Shown: one piece after another, positions 54,756-64,000 of the stretch
Layout of the letters: every line of letters starts with the position of its first letter
Position numbering within the stretch: the stretch's first letter is position 1
Source: Armatimonadota bacterium
GTDB taxonomy: Bacteria; Cloacimonadota; Cloacimonadia; Cloacimonadales; TCS61
Assembly (NCBI GenBank): GCA_013203665.1
Contig: JABMPU010000203.1
Coordinates: 988 to 64,987, forward strand
Reading direction: 5' to 3'
Length of the DNA: 64,000 nt
Notes under the pieces: generated by a model
Database searches by the model: none
Told to the model about the DNA's origin: nothing
Seen by the model: the letters and a program-made list of their open reading frames with translations, nothing else
Made by a program: the position numbers and the translations under genes

Positions 54756-55970
54756 ATGACCTTAGAGATAATTGAAAATTTATTTAATATTAATTCTATC
54801 CAGGCACAATTAATTGCTTTTGCAGCAGTACTTTTCCTGGCATTTATAACATATCAAATCACCAAAAATATTATCCTGAAAATCATCCTGAAAATTAGTA
54901 GAAAAACCAGAACAAATTGGGATGACGCTTTAGTTGACAGAAAATTTTTCCGAACTTTTGTTTATCTTCTGCCTTTACTCATCTTCTATTATTCCTCCCC
55001 TCTTTTTCCGCAAGTAAAAATCTTCATGCAAAAAATTACTCAAAGCTTAATGGTGATTGTAGCAATTTCTGCAATTTCATCTTTTCTAAACGCTGTAAAC
55101 GATATTTATCTTGGTTATAAAAAAGCGAAAAACCGTCCGATAAAAGGTTATCTGCAGATAATTCAGATTTTCTTTATCGTGCTGGGATGCCTTGTTATTA
55201 TTTCCATTCTTATTGGAAAATCTCCTTTATTGCTGATGAGTGGTTTGGGAGCGATGACTGCTGTTCTTCTTCTCATTTTCAAGGATACGATTCTTTCCTT
55301 AATTGCCAGTTTGCAAATCTCTTTTAATGATCTTATCAAAATCGGTGACTGGCTGGAAGTCCCTCAATTCAGTGCTGATGGAGAAGTTATCGATGTTGCA
55401 CTTCATACCATTAAAATACAGAACTGGGATAAAACCATCACCACAATTCCCACTCATAAATTGATCGATGGTTCTTTTAAAAATTGGAAAGGAATGCAGC
55501 AAACCGGAGGACGCCGGGTTAAAAGAGCAATTCATCTCGACATCTCCAGCATCCGTTTTTGTGATGAAAATTTATTAGATAAATTTGAAAAAATAAATCT
55601 GATCTCTGAATACATCAAACAAAAAAGAAAAGAAATTTACGAATACGAATCAAATATAAAGACTACTGAACCTCAAGAAATTAATCGAAAAAAGTTAACA
55701 AATGTAGGAACTTTTAGAGCTTATGTTGCTGCTTATCTCAAAAATCATCCAAAAGTAAAAAACGAAATGACTTTCCTGATCAGGCAGCTCAGTCCCGCTC
55801 CTACCGGTTTACCAATTGAAATTTATGTTTTTATTAATGACATTGAATGGTCACATTATGAAGCTATTCAATCTGATATTTTTGACCATATCCTGGCAGT
55901 TGTGCTGGAATTTGATTTGAGGATCTTTCAGTATCCATCCGGTTTTGATTTCAGGAAAATTGATATCTGA
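54756..55970 (+). CDS. Mechanosensitive ion channel family protein (MscS-like)
   Basis: TM helices, then 'IKIGDWLEVPQFSADGEVIDVALHTIKIQNWDKTITTIPTHKLI' (MscS beta-domain). Confidence 0.8.
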   Translation: MTLEIIENLFNINSIQAQLIAFAAVLFLAFITYQITKNIILKIILKISRKTRTNWDDALVDRKFFRTFVYLLPLLIFYYSSPLFPQVKIFMQKITQSLMVIVAISAISSFLNAVNDIYLGYKKAKNRPIKGYLQIIQIFFIVLGCLVIISILIGKSPLLLMSGLGAMTAVLLLIFKDTILSLIASLQISFNDLIKIGDWLEVPQFSADGEVIDVALHTIKIQNWDKTITTIPTHKLIDGSFKNWKGMQQTGGRRVKRAIHLDISSIRFCDENLLDKFEKINLISEYIKQKRKEIYEYESNIKTTEPQEINRKKLTNVGTFRAYVAAYLKNHPKVKNEMTFLIRQLSPAPTGLPIEIYVFINDIEWSHYEAIQSDIFDHILAVVLEFDLRIFQYPSGFDFRKIDI

Positions 55971-56040
55971 TTTTAAGTGATTTAATTTGACAACGATTTA
56001 TCCTCTAAGATGTTAGGAGTTGAGTAAAAAAAGAGATTAA

Positions 56041-58368
56041 ATGTTATTTGATAATATTTTGAAGATAGCTCGCAGGTTAATAATGAGTTATGTGCTTTTG
56101 ATGAAAAGATATATGAAAATTAACTTTTTAAAATTATTAATAATTATTTTGTTTATCATGAATACCTCTTTATGTTTTGCCAGTCAGAATGGCACATTAT
56201 TATTAAAACTTGCTGAAAACAAATTCGAGAATTTGACAACACAGGAAATTAAACTTATTAATTGTACAGCAGATGGAAAGCTCCTAGATTTTTCATCAAT
56301 GAATACTTCATTAAACGACCCATTGCAGTATGAAAAATGGGGAAATGATCGGAGCATTAGAGCAAGTGTAATTGAGTGGCTATGCACTGATAGGGATGCA
56401 TACCAATTTATAACACATTTGGGCATACAGTTAAAGGGTGCTTATATTTCTGGTGTTATTGATTTATTGTTTTCAAATATCAATTTCCCATTATTATTTC
56501 AAAAATGTGCAATATCCGACGGTATTATTTTGCTACATTCTGAGTTAAAATCTTTATATTTACCAGGATCTTACGTAAGAAATATCATTGGTGATGGGGT
56601 TACAGTAAACGGTAATTTAATCATGAATAACGGTTTCTCATCTAGTGGTGAATTGCGGTTTTTAGGAGGTAAAATATTTGGCAATATACAATGCGATGGA
56701 GCAATTTTTAATAATGAGAATGGTTATGCTTTTAATGCAGATAGAATTGAGGTTAAAGGAAGTGTTTTCTTTAATGATGGATTTAAAGCAATTGGGGAAA
56801 TTAACTTAGTAACTGCGAAAATTGAAAATGACTTAAGTTTTGCAGGTAGTTCATTACAAAATGAGAATTTGGTTGTTATTAATGCTGATAGGTTAAGAGT
56901 TAATGGTAATGTGGCATTATCAGAGGGTTTTAAATCTAATGGTCAAATAAGATTTTTAGGAGCTGAAATTGGAGGTAATTTACAATGTAATGATTGTAGT
57001 TTTTTTAATAATAATAATGATGCTTTTTTAGCACAAGGCATGAAAGTTAATGATAATATATATTTTACTGAAAATTTTAAGTCAATTGGTAACATTGATC
57101 TTTTAGGAATAGTTATCGGAGGTTCATTAGAATTTATGAATTGCGAAATAACGGGGTATTTAAAACTTTCAAATTCATTTGTTAATGAATACGTTTTATT
57201 TGATTCTGTTAGAATTATTAATACAGCTAATGATGCAATTATAGCTGATGGTATGGAATGCAATGGCATAATACATTTTAAAAAAGGTAATTACATCTAT
57301 GGAGAGACTCGATTTGTTGGAGCTACTATAAATGGCCAATTTATTTGTGATGATGTTCATTTTTTCAATAATAATAATAAATCGTTAAATCTGGCATTTA
57401 TTAATCTCAAAAATACATTGGTGCTCACTGATAAAGTTGCTGTTGAAGGAGAAACTCGTCTAGTTGGTGCTGTTATTGATGGAGATATATCAATTGAGGG
57501 AGCAGAATTAAGAAATTCTTCTGGATATTCATTAAGAGCAGACAGAGTATCAGTAAAAGGTAGCGTATTCTTAAGACAATATCTTTTAGTTGATGGGATA
57601 GTTAGTTTTAGTAGTGCAAATATTTTAGGTAATTTTGCAGTCAATAATATCAAACAATCGCCCTACTACAAACTTGATCTTAGGTCTGCAAATGTTGGAG
57701 TTTTATGGGACTCTCAGGACAGTTGGCCAAGTAAAGGTAATTTATTTCTAAGTGGATTTGAATATAATAGTATTAGAGATGAGTCCTCATTTTCTTCAGA
57801 GATTAGATTACAATGGCTAAATAGACAGCCAAATGATTCTAATAAATATCAAGCATTTGATTATTTTGCAAGAATTCTTAAGGATAATGGTTATATAGAT
57901 GATGCAAATAGTATTATGTATAACAAAGAAGTAGAGATAACTAAGCAAATGCCATTTTTAGAGAAAATCTTTAGAAAGTTGAATTATTACGTAATTGGCT
58001 ACGGTTATAAGCCATGGAGATTAATGATAATTATTAGCATAATAGTATTGGTAGGATCATTGGTTTTTAAATTTGCATTTAGGAACAATTTAATGTTACA
58101 AACACGTCATATCCATCTTAAACCAAAACCATTTTTTTATTCAGTCGACCTTTTCATTCCTATCATTGATTTACGGCAATCAAAGTATTGGACTCCTATT
58201 ACAAACAAAATTATTAGCAGAAAAATCCTTAAAAATACTAATTTTAAAATTCATTCAAAATTCATATACTATTACTTTTGTTTTCACATATTTGCAGGTT
58301 GGATTTCAACAACCTTACTAATAGCTTCATTGTCAGGTTTAATAAAAATAATAAATAAAAGTATCTAA
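56041..58368 (+). CDS. Large membrane protein with ~7 tandem 49-aa solenoid-type repeats (uncharacterised family, sometimes labelled 'membrane-associated oxidoreductase')
   Basis: Probable start at ATG 56101 or 56113 (signal 'LIIILFIMNTSLCFA'). Repeat anchors DRIEV(234)/DRLRV(283)/QGMKV(332)/DGMEC(403)/DRVSV(501) on a 49-aa period. Conserved tail 'LSGFEYNSI...RLQWLNRQP...YQAFDYFARILKDNGYIDDA', then 2 TM helices. Confidence 0.7.
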   Translation: MLFDNILKIARRLIMSYVLLMKRYMKINFLKLLIIILFIMNTSLCFASQNGTLLLKLAENKFENLTTQEIKLINCTADGKLLDFSSMNTSLNDPLQYEKWGNDRSIRASVIEWLCTDRDAYQFITHLGIQLKGAYISGVIDLLFSNINFPLLFQKCAISDGIILLHSELKSLYLPGSYVRNIIGDGVTVNGNLIMNNGFSSSGELRFLGGKIFGNIQCDGAIFNNENGYAFNADRIEVKGSVFFNDGFKAIGEINLVTAKIENDLSFAGSSLQNENLVVINADRLRVNGNVALSEGFKSNGQIRFLGAEIGGNLQCNDCSFFNNNNDAFLAQGMKVNDNIYFTENFKSIGNIDLLGIVIGGSLEFMNCEITGYLKLSNSFVNEYVLFDSVRIINTANDAIIADGMECNGIIHFKKGNYIYGETRFVGATINGQFICDDVHFFNNNNKSLNLAFINLKNTLVLTDKVAVEGETRLVGAVIDGDISIEGAELRNSSGYSLRADRVSVKGSVFLRQYLLVDGIVSFSSANILGNFAVNNIKQSPYYKLDLRSANVGVLWDSQDSWPSKGNLFLSGFEYNSIRDESSFSSEIRLQWLNRQPNDSNKYQAFDYFARILKDNGYIDDANSIMYNKEVEITKQMPFLEKIFRKLNYYVIGYGYKPWRLMIIISIIVLVGSLVFKFAFRNNLMLQTRHIHLKPKPFFYSVDLFIPIIDLRQSKYWTPITNKIISRKILKNTNFKIHSKFIYYYFCFHIFAGWISTTLLIASLSGLIKIINKSI

Positions 58369-58492
58369 CAACCGGACTTGAGCTTGTAGGATGGTTTATT
58401 TTCAATGCACTTTGGTTCAAAATTAATCAAATTTTTCTACTTTTATCTCCGCTGGTTCAGGCAAGTTAGTCGCAAACCGTTATCCAACTTCC

Positions 58493-59398
58493 TCATACTT
58501 TCTTCCCTTCCCCCAAATTATCATAATACCTTGTGGTAGGATATGCCTGGTCAATATCTTTGTGTTTGGCAAATTCAGTTAGCACATCTTCCCATATTTC
58601 CTGCTGGCTGTCCCGTCTTTTGCGTGTTTCACACAAATATCGAATCGTAAGTTCAACGCCGTAATCAACAACATTTGTATAAACAATCGGTGTGAGATTC
58701 TCATAAATAATCATAAACTTTTGAGCTGCTTTTTTTATTTGAGATTCCACTTTTTTAGAAAGATTTTCAGGGCTTTTCTGGCTGATATCCTGCAATATCT
58801 TTTTTGCTTTCTTCCAATCACTCTCAAATGTAATCACAATGGAAATCTCATTCCAGATATATTTGAATCCCTTATCATAATTTGCCAGGCTATAGGTAAA
58901 AATCTTTCCATTGGGGATATGGATAATCCTGCCTGTACTCTGACCCGAACTTGCCCTATTTCCAATCTCAAGAATTGAAAATTGAAAAAGGCTCAAATCA
59001 ATCACATCACCAGCATCTTCACCAATCTGGATTCTATCGCCCACCTCAAACGGTCTGCGAGAAATAATGAAAACCCAGCCGGCAAGATTAGCTATTACAT
59101 CCTTGAGAGCAATTGCCACACCAGCAGTTAATAGACCAAAAAATGTAGCGATCGATTGAACACCCTGTGTCCAAATTCTGCCAACGATAATTACAGCTAC
59201 AAAAACCAAAAGATATGAAGAGACATTTCTCCAATTATATCTCGCTTTGGCATCAGTCAGATTCTTTTGAATTATCTTATGAAAAACAAACTTCAGCAAC
59301 CAAAAGATGATAATAATAATTACTGAAGATAAAATTTTAATTGCTAATGGAGATTCCAGATAAGGAATCCAACTTGCGATTTTATCGGAAATAGGCAT
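58493..59398 (-). CDS. Mechanosensitive ion channel family protein (small MscS-like)
   Basis: 3 TM helices, then 'RPFEVGDRIQIGEDAGDVIDLSLFQFSILEIGN...GRIIHIPNGKIF'. Confidence 0.8.
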   Translation of the reverse strand: MPISDKIASWIPYLESPLAIKILSSVIIIIIFWLLKFVFHKIIQKNLTDAKARYNWRNVSSYLLVFVAVIIVGRIWTQGVQSIATFFGLLTAGVAIALKDVIANLAGWVFIISRRPFEVGDRIQIGEDAGDVIDLSLFQFSILEIGNRASSGQSTGRIIHIPNGKIFTYSLANYDKGFKYIWNEISIVITFESDWKKAKKILQDISQKSPENLSKKVESQIKKAAQKFMIIYENLTPIVYTNVVDYGVELTIRYLCETRKRRDSQQEIWEDVLTEFAKHKDIDQAYPTTRYYDNLGEGKKV

Positions 59399-59551
59399 TT
59401 TCTCTCCTTTTCATCATACTTAACTCTAAATATTTTTACCTATTTCAATGTCAACAATTTTGCATATATTAGAATAATAAACCTAAGAAATAAAACTTGC
59501 CAAGTTTCGGAAACCTGATAAATTTAGTTTTGAGAAAGTTGAGGGAATTTT

Positions 59552-60271
59552 ATGAATTATATCAGCAATAATCGCATAAAAGAATTAGTAAAACTCAAAC
59601 AGAAAAAGTATAGAGAAAAATTTGTTGTTGTTGAAGGACATCGTTTAATTGATCAACTCATCAGAAATAACGTTGAGATTGAAGAGATTTTTATCACAGA
59701 GAACTCTCATTTTGATTCGTTTCCAAATGATAAATTGTTGCTCATTAAAGACTGGCAGCTTCAAAAGATCACTTCCACGAAAAATCCACAAGAAATTGCT
59801 GCTCTTGTAAAAACTGAAACTCGGAACATAACTGATAAAAAATTTCTTCTTTATCTCGATGACATCAAAGAACCGGGAAATATGGGAGCAATAATCCGAA
59901 CTGCGACTTCAGCAGGAATTTGCGGAATAGTACTTTCTGCCGAATGCTGTGAAATTTTTAATCCCAAAGTGATTCGTTCATCTCTGGGAACTGTTTTTTC
60001 ATTTCCCATTGAAATTCATGATTATAAATGGCTGAAAGAACAAACCGCAAAAATTATAGTAACCACCTTGAAAGAAGCTGAAAATCTATATGATTTCAAA
60101 TTACCTTCCGATAATATCATCCTGGTTATTGGCTCAGAAGCTTTTGGTGTTTCGGATGAAATTCTTGAAATCACCGATTATAAAATAAAAATCCCTCTTA
60201 ATAATAATGTAGAATCTTTGAATGCTGCTGTTGCTGCTGGAATAATTCTCTTTTATTTAAAAAATCAATAA
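59552..60271 (+). CDS. TrmH/SpoU-family RNA 2'-O-methyltransferase (RlmB-like)
   Basis: 'LDDIKEPGNMGAIIRTATSAGI', 'VIGSEAFGVS' and 'ESLNAAVAAGIILF'. Confidence 0.8.
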   Translation: MNYISNNRIKELVKLKQKKYREKFVVVEGHRLIDQLIRNNVEIEEIFITENSHFDSFPNDKLLLIKDWQLQKITSTKNPQEIAALVKTETRNITDKKFLLYLDDIKEPGNMGAIIRTATSAGICGIVLSAECCEIFNPKVIRSSLGTVFSFPIEIHDYKWLKEQTAKIIVTTLKEAENLYDFKLPSDNIILVIGSEAFGVSDEILEITDYKIKIPLNNNVESLNAAVAAGIILFYLKNQ

Positions 60272-60276
60272 GAATT

Positions 60277-61242
60277 ATGCAATCAATGATAAAATCTTTG
60301 ACAGATAAAAAAATCTGGCTTGCTCCTTTAGCAGGATTCACAGATAATGCTTTCCGTAAAATCTGCAAACAATGTGGAGCAGATGTCATTGTCAGCGAAA
60401 TGGTTAGTGCTGATGGAATTGTTTTTGACAAAAAACGGAGTATTTCCTACACAGATTCGGATGAATCTCAGCGACCATTTGGCATTCAGCTTTTTGGTTC
60501 TGAGCCCAAAATAATGGCAAAAGCCGTAGAAATTATCTTAGAGAAGAAACCGGATTTCATAGATGTAAATATGGGTTGCCCCGTTAAGAAAGTGATCAAA
60601 CGTGGTGCTGGTTCTGCTCTTATGAAAAACCCTGATAAAGCTGAAGCAATAATAAAAGAAATGAATAATGCTCTCAAAGGATGCAATGTAGCATTATCAG
60701 CAAAAATCCGTTCCGGTTGGGATAAGCAAAATATCAATGCTGTAGATTTTGGAAAAATGCTGCAAAATGCGGGTGTAGATATGATTTGCCTTCATCCCAG
60801 AACACGTACTCAAATGTTTTCCGGCAGGAGTGATTGGAATTTGATAAAAGAACTTAAACAAAAAGTAAGAATTCCAATTATTGGAAATGGTGATATCAGA
60901 ACTCCGGAAGATGCTCAAAAGATGTTTTCTCAAACTAATTGTGATTCCATTATGGTAGGTCGTGGAATTCTGGGAAAACCCTGGCTCTTAACAGAAATTA
61001 AAGATTATCTATTAAATGCTGAAACACAAACTCTCAACCTTTCAGAAAAATACGAAATTATTGTTCAGCATTTTGAAGAAATAGTAAAAAATAAAGGTGA
61101 ACAAACTACAATAAGAGAGATGCGAACACATTTTTCTTATTATACAAAAGGATTTAAAGGCAGTGCAAAAATCAGAAATTTCATAAATAAAAGTTCAGAT
61201 AAAAAAAAGGTTTTATCTGCAATCCAAGAACTATATTCATAG
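60277..61242 (+). CDS. dusB: tRNA-dihydrouridine synthase (DusB-like)
   Basis: 'LAPLAGFTDNAFR', 'IDVNMGCPVKKV', 'HPRTR' and 'MVGRG'. Confidence 0.9.
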   Translation: MQSMIKSLTDKKIWLAPLAGFTDNAFRKICKQCGADVIVSEMVSADGIVFDKKRSISYTDSDESQRPFGIQLFGSEPKIMAKAVEIILEKKPDFIDVNMGCPVKKVIKRGAGSALMKNPDKAEAIIKEMNNALKGCNVALSAKIRSGWDKQNINAVDFGKMLQNAGVDMICLHPRTRTQMFSGRSDWNLIKELKQKVRIPIIGNGDIRTPEDAQKMFSQTNCDSIMVGRGILGKPWLLTEIKDYLLNAETQTLNLSEKYEIIVQHFEEIVKNKGEQTTIREMRTHFSYYTKGFKGSAKIRNFINKSSDKKKVLSAIQELYS

Positions 61243-61250
61243 GAATAGAT

Positions 61251-62114
61251 TTGAAAGAAATTAATAATATCCTCTGGCAGGCAAGATTTAATAAGGGTAA
61301 AAACTGGTTGAAAGTACGAAAAATTCTTCAGGAAGGAATCGAAGAATTTCCTCGAGATAAATCGTTACATATGGAACTGGCAGAGTTATATATCACCAAA
61401 AAATTATTCAAAAAAGCAATCGAAACATATCAGAGAATTTTAGAATTTGATGACAACGATTCTCAGGTGTTTTTCTTAATTGGTAATTGTTTTTTATTTA
61501 TCAAAGAATACAAAATTGCCATCGAATATTATGATAAAATCAAACATTATTTTCCCGAGTTTCTTTATAACAAAGCTGTTGCCTACACAAAAATCGGCAG
61601 AAAAGATAAAGGAGTGGAAATTATTGAAAAACTCTTGAAATTCAGCACTACCTCAGAAATCCCCTTTATTTTTTTAGCTGAACTTCATTTTTCCCTGCAT
61701 AATTACTCTAAAGCAATTGAAGTTGTGGACATAACTGAAAAGAAATTCGGGAAACACGGAAATTTATTTTACATAAGAGGATTAGCTTTTTCCCGCTTAT
61801 TTAAATGGATACAAGCATATATCGAATTCCAGGCAGCAGAAAAGATGAAATTCAGTTCTTCTCATTTTTATCGCAGTTATGGACTTACATCAGAAAAGAT
61901 CGGGAAAACTCCAAAAGCAATCTATTGCCTTCTGAAAAGCATAAATTTGGCACCATCAGATCCAACCAGCTACATTGAATTGATAAAACTTTATCTTTCT
62001 CACAATAAAGTTTTCGAAGCTTATAGTGTTCTCAAATTTGCTCAGAAAGCGGTTCCCTTTTCTTTTCCACTTTCCATTTTACGCACTCAGATTATGAGTA
62101 AATTGAAATTGTAA
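61251..62114 (+). CDS. Tetratricopeptide-repeat protein
   Basis: Repeated A/Y/F-spaced helical pairs ('AIETYQRILEFDDND', 'AIEYYDKI', 'AIEVVD', 'AIYCLLKSINLAPSDP'). TTG start. Confidence 0.65.
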   Translation: MKEINNILWQARFNKGKNWLKVRKILQEGIEEFPRDKSLHMELAELYITKKLFKKAIETYQRILEFDDNDSQVFFLIGNCFLFIKEYKIAIEYYDKIKHYFPEFLYNKAVAYTKIGRKDKGVEIIEKLLKFSTTSEIPFIFLAELHFSLHNYSKAIEVVDITEKKFGKHGNLFYIRGLAFSRLFKWIQAYIEFQAAEKMKFSSSHFYRSYGLTSEKIGKTPKAIYCLLKSINLAPSDPTSYIELIKLYLSHNKVFEAYSVLKFAQKAVPFSFPLSILRTQIMSKLKL

Positions 62115-62139
62115 GATGAGCTTTCCGAAAACCTTGCGA

Positions 62140-62235
62140 ATGGTCGAGGAACGAGACCTTCGCAATGGTTGACATTTGCTTCCTTACCGTTCCGAAGGAT
62201 TCTCCGGCTGTTGCCGGATCAACCGTTCGGAAGTA
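62140..62235. repeat. Cluster of short G+C-rich hairpins (CCGTTCSGAAG-type)
   Basis: ttgcgaa...ttcgcaa, ttccgaa...ttcggaa and tccgg...ccgga stems, read by eye in 62140-62235. Confidence 0.45.
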
Positions 62236-62314
62236 GAAGAAAAAATCTATAAATATCTTGAATAGATTTTATCAAATAATAAAATCGTTTTTGAAAATGT
62301 AATTTAGGAAAAAT

Positions 62315-64000
62315 ATGAAATTCATAATTTTTATTTTAATACTGTTTTTATTATCATTTCCCTTAAGAGCGGAAGTCGTAGCCATAGTCGATTCAATCTA
62401 CATCACATCCGAACAACTGCGGGAAGAAATGCTAACTATCAAGAACATCGAGGATTATGAAGAAATCCGCAACACTGCTTTAGATAATTTAATTAATGAA
62501 CAACTTCTCATTTTATATGCACATCAAAACAAAATCAGTGTGGATGATTATGAAGTGGAAGCATTTTTTATCCAGGAATTGGGAAATCATCCTTCACTTC
62601 AAACTGATGGAAAATTCGATTATTCTAAATTTGATGATTTGAAAGAAACTCCAAATGTGAAAAAAATTCTGGAAAATATGAGAAGAGACATCCTTCTAAA
62701 TAAGACTGAATCTTTGATTAAAAGTTCTTTTGACCTGACAGATGATGAGTTGCTGGAACGATTCATCCTGGAGAATGCAAAAATCGATATAAATTACGCT
62801 ATCATCAATGTTGATGATGCCAATGTTCCATCTGAGACAAACCCATTAACAACTTGGTATTATTACAAATTGAACAGGAAAAAATTTCTGACGGAAGAAA
62901 AAGTAAAACTGAAATTCTTTATCGTAGAAAATAGAGAATTTGAAGATTTGATTTCCTCGAATATCGAGTATTTTATCGAACCTGTTGTTATGAACGATAC
63001 AACCTTGACCGAAAGTGCAATCGATAGTCTGAAGAGTATTATTATCAAAGAAAAGAGTATAAGATTATGTTATGAAACCGCTCTTGAATTGAAAGAATTT
63101 GCTCAACGGGGGACTCCAATCCCCAACCCTTTTTTGGAAACTGAATTTCTAAGAAGAGATGAACAGCTTGGTCAATTGCCGCATACAATTATCCAAAATG
63201 CTTTTGAGATGGAACCGGGAGAATACTCTGAACCTGTTGATATTGGAATTGGTTTTCTGGTTTATTCTGTGGTTGATTTTGAAAATCCAGCTCCGGAATT
63301 ATTGGAAAATATCCCCAATAAAGTCTGGAAATCTTATGTTTCAGTTTTGAGAAGTCAACAGAATATCGATAAAATCTACACATTTTATGAAGAAAATCTA
63401 GATAATTTCATTGTTCCTGCAGCAGTTGTAAATATTATTGAAATCACAAAACCGGGCTTTTTCTTTACAGGTTCAAAAGATGAATACATTCAAAAAATCC
63501 AATCTTTGATTGGAGAGAATTTCTCTAATTCAAATGAGTTAAATAATATCATTAAAAAATACAAACTTAAAAGAACAACTAATATCATCTATCTCGATAA
63601 ATTCATAAATAATGAACCGATCAATGAAATTATGAAAAAAAAGGTCAATAAAAACAAACATTATGGTTTCTTTGAATATGATGATAGCAACTACTTTTTC
63701 AGCATAATTTCTCTCTTTCCAGAGTTTATTCCCAGATTCGAAGATATTAAATTTCAGATTCAAAACAAAGTTGAAGGTTTTCAGACTTCATCTGAAGAAT
63801 ACAAAGAATATTATGAAGAGAATAAACTTAATTTTATAAGTCCGGATAGTTTGCAGCTTGGTGTAGTTTTCATTCCTTTTGAAACTGATACTTTGAAAAT
63901 TCCGGAAGAAAAAATTTATAACCTTTTCCAGAAAAATTCCTTCTATCGCGATCATTCTGTAAAATATGAATATATCTTTTTGAAACAGCCTTCAAACAAA
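62315..64000 (+). CDS. Periplasmic chaperone / PpiD-SurA-like protein (partial, continues past the window end)
   Basis: Not in the track. The frame is open from ATG 62315 to 64000 (562 codons, which I read through without a stop). Signal peptide 'FIIFILILFLLSFPLRA', then a SurA-N-like 'IYITSEQLREEM...ALDNLINEQLLILYA'. Confidence 0.6.
   Translation, partial: MKFIIFILILFLLSFPLRAEVVAIVDSIYITSEQLREEMLTIKNIEDYEEIRNTALDNLINEQLLILYAHQNKISVDDYEVEAFFIQELGNHPSLQTDGKFDYSKFDDLKETPNVKKILENMRRDILLNKTESLIKSSFDLTDDELLERFILENAKIDINYAIINVDDANVPSETNPLTTWYYYKLNRKKFLTEEKVKLKFFIVENREFEDLISSNIEYFIEPVVMNDTTLTESAIDSLKSIIIKEKSIRLCYETALELKEFAQRGTPIPNPFLETEFLRRDEQLGQLPHTIIQNAFEMEPGEYSEPVDIGIGFLVYSVVDFENPAPELLENIPNKVWKSYVSVLRSQQNIDKIYTFYEENLDNFIVPAAVVNIIEITKPGFFFTGSKDEYIQKIQSLIGENFSNSNELNNIIKKYKLKRTTNIIYLDKFINNEPINEIMKKKVNKNKHYGFFEYDDSNYFFSIISLFPEFIPRFEDIKFQIQNKVEGFQTSSEEYKEYYEENKLNFISPDSLQLGVVFIPFETDTLKIPEEKIYNLFQKNSFYRDHSVKYEYIFLKQPSNK

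Overview
AT-rich bacterial chromosomal segment. I cannot assign the lineage from sequence alone. TTG/GTG starts and 4-8 nt gene overlaps are frequent. The backbone is housekeeping. It starts with the 5' part of murJ (minus strand, runs off the left edge), a 3-gene glycosyltransferase operon and tmRNA (ssrA, tag ANDNFALAA). Next come an AP-superfamily phosphoesterase, a lipoprotein/LysM pair and a pgpH-ybeY-corC block. A minus-strand block follows: trmL, thiB-like SBP, mlaE, dnaB, family-4 UDG, rpoZ-like, gmk, gcvH. Then comes a complete dcw cluster: mraZ-rsmH-ftsL-ftsI(2xPASTA)-murE::murF fusion-mraY-murD-ftsW-murG-[AbiEi/AbiEii insertion]-murC-murB-ftsQ-ftsA-ftsZ. An accessory-looking patch lies at ~42.5-49.3 kb. 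It holds two MNT/HEPN toxin-antitoxin pairs bracketing a 2TM-RCK K+ channel plus a stand-alone cNMP-binding protein, then an SPS-like GT4 and a beta-helix lipoprotein. The right end holds murI, a DUF1846 protein, pyrG, two MscS channels flanking a 775-aa solenoid-repeat membrane protein, a trmH-like gene, dusB, a TPR protein, and a PpiD/SurA-like chaperone running off the right edge. Most noteworthy: (1) an AbiE-type module wedged between murG and murC; (2) a glycosyltransferase fused to a degenerate cNMP-binding domain; (3) the TA / K+ channel / cNMP-binding patch with 37-nt direct repeats and shared hairpins; (4) the 49-aa-period solenoid membrane protein; (5) a 347-nt G+C-rich structured gap I could not assign to any RNA family; (6) a GIY-YIG gene next to tmRNA whose conserved C-terminus is encoded out of frame; (7) phased TTTCTCAAA boxes upstream of mraZ; (8) a dispersed family of intergenic hairpins and 9-mer micro-repeats. 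I recognised no rRNA, tRNA, CRISPR array, transposase or integrase.
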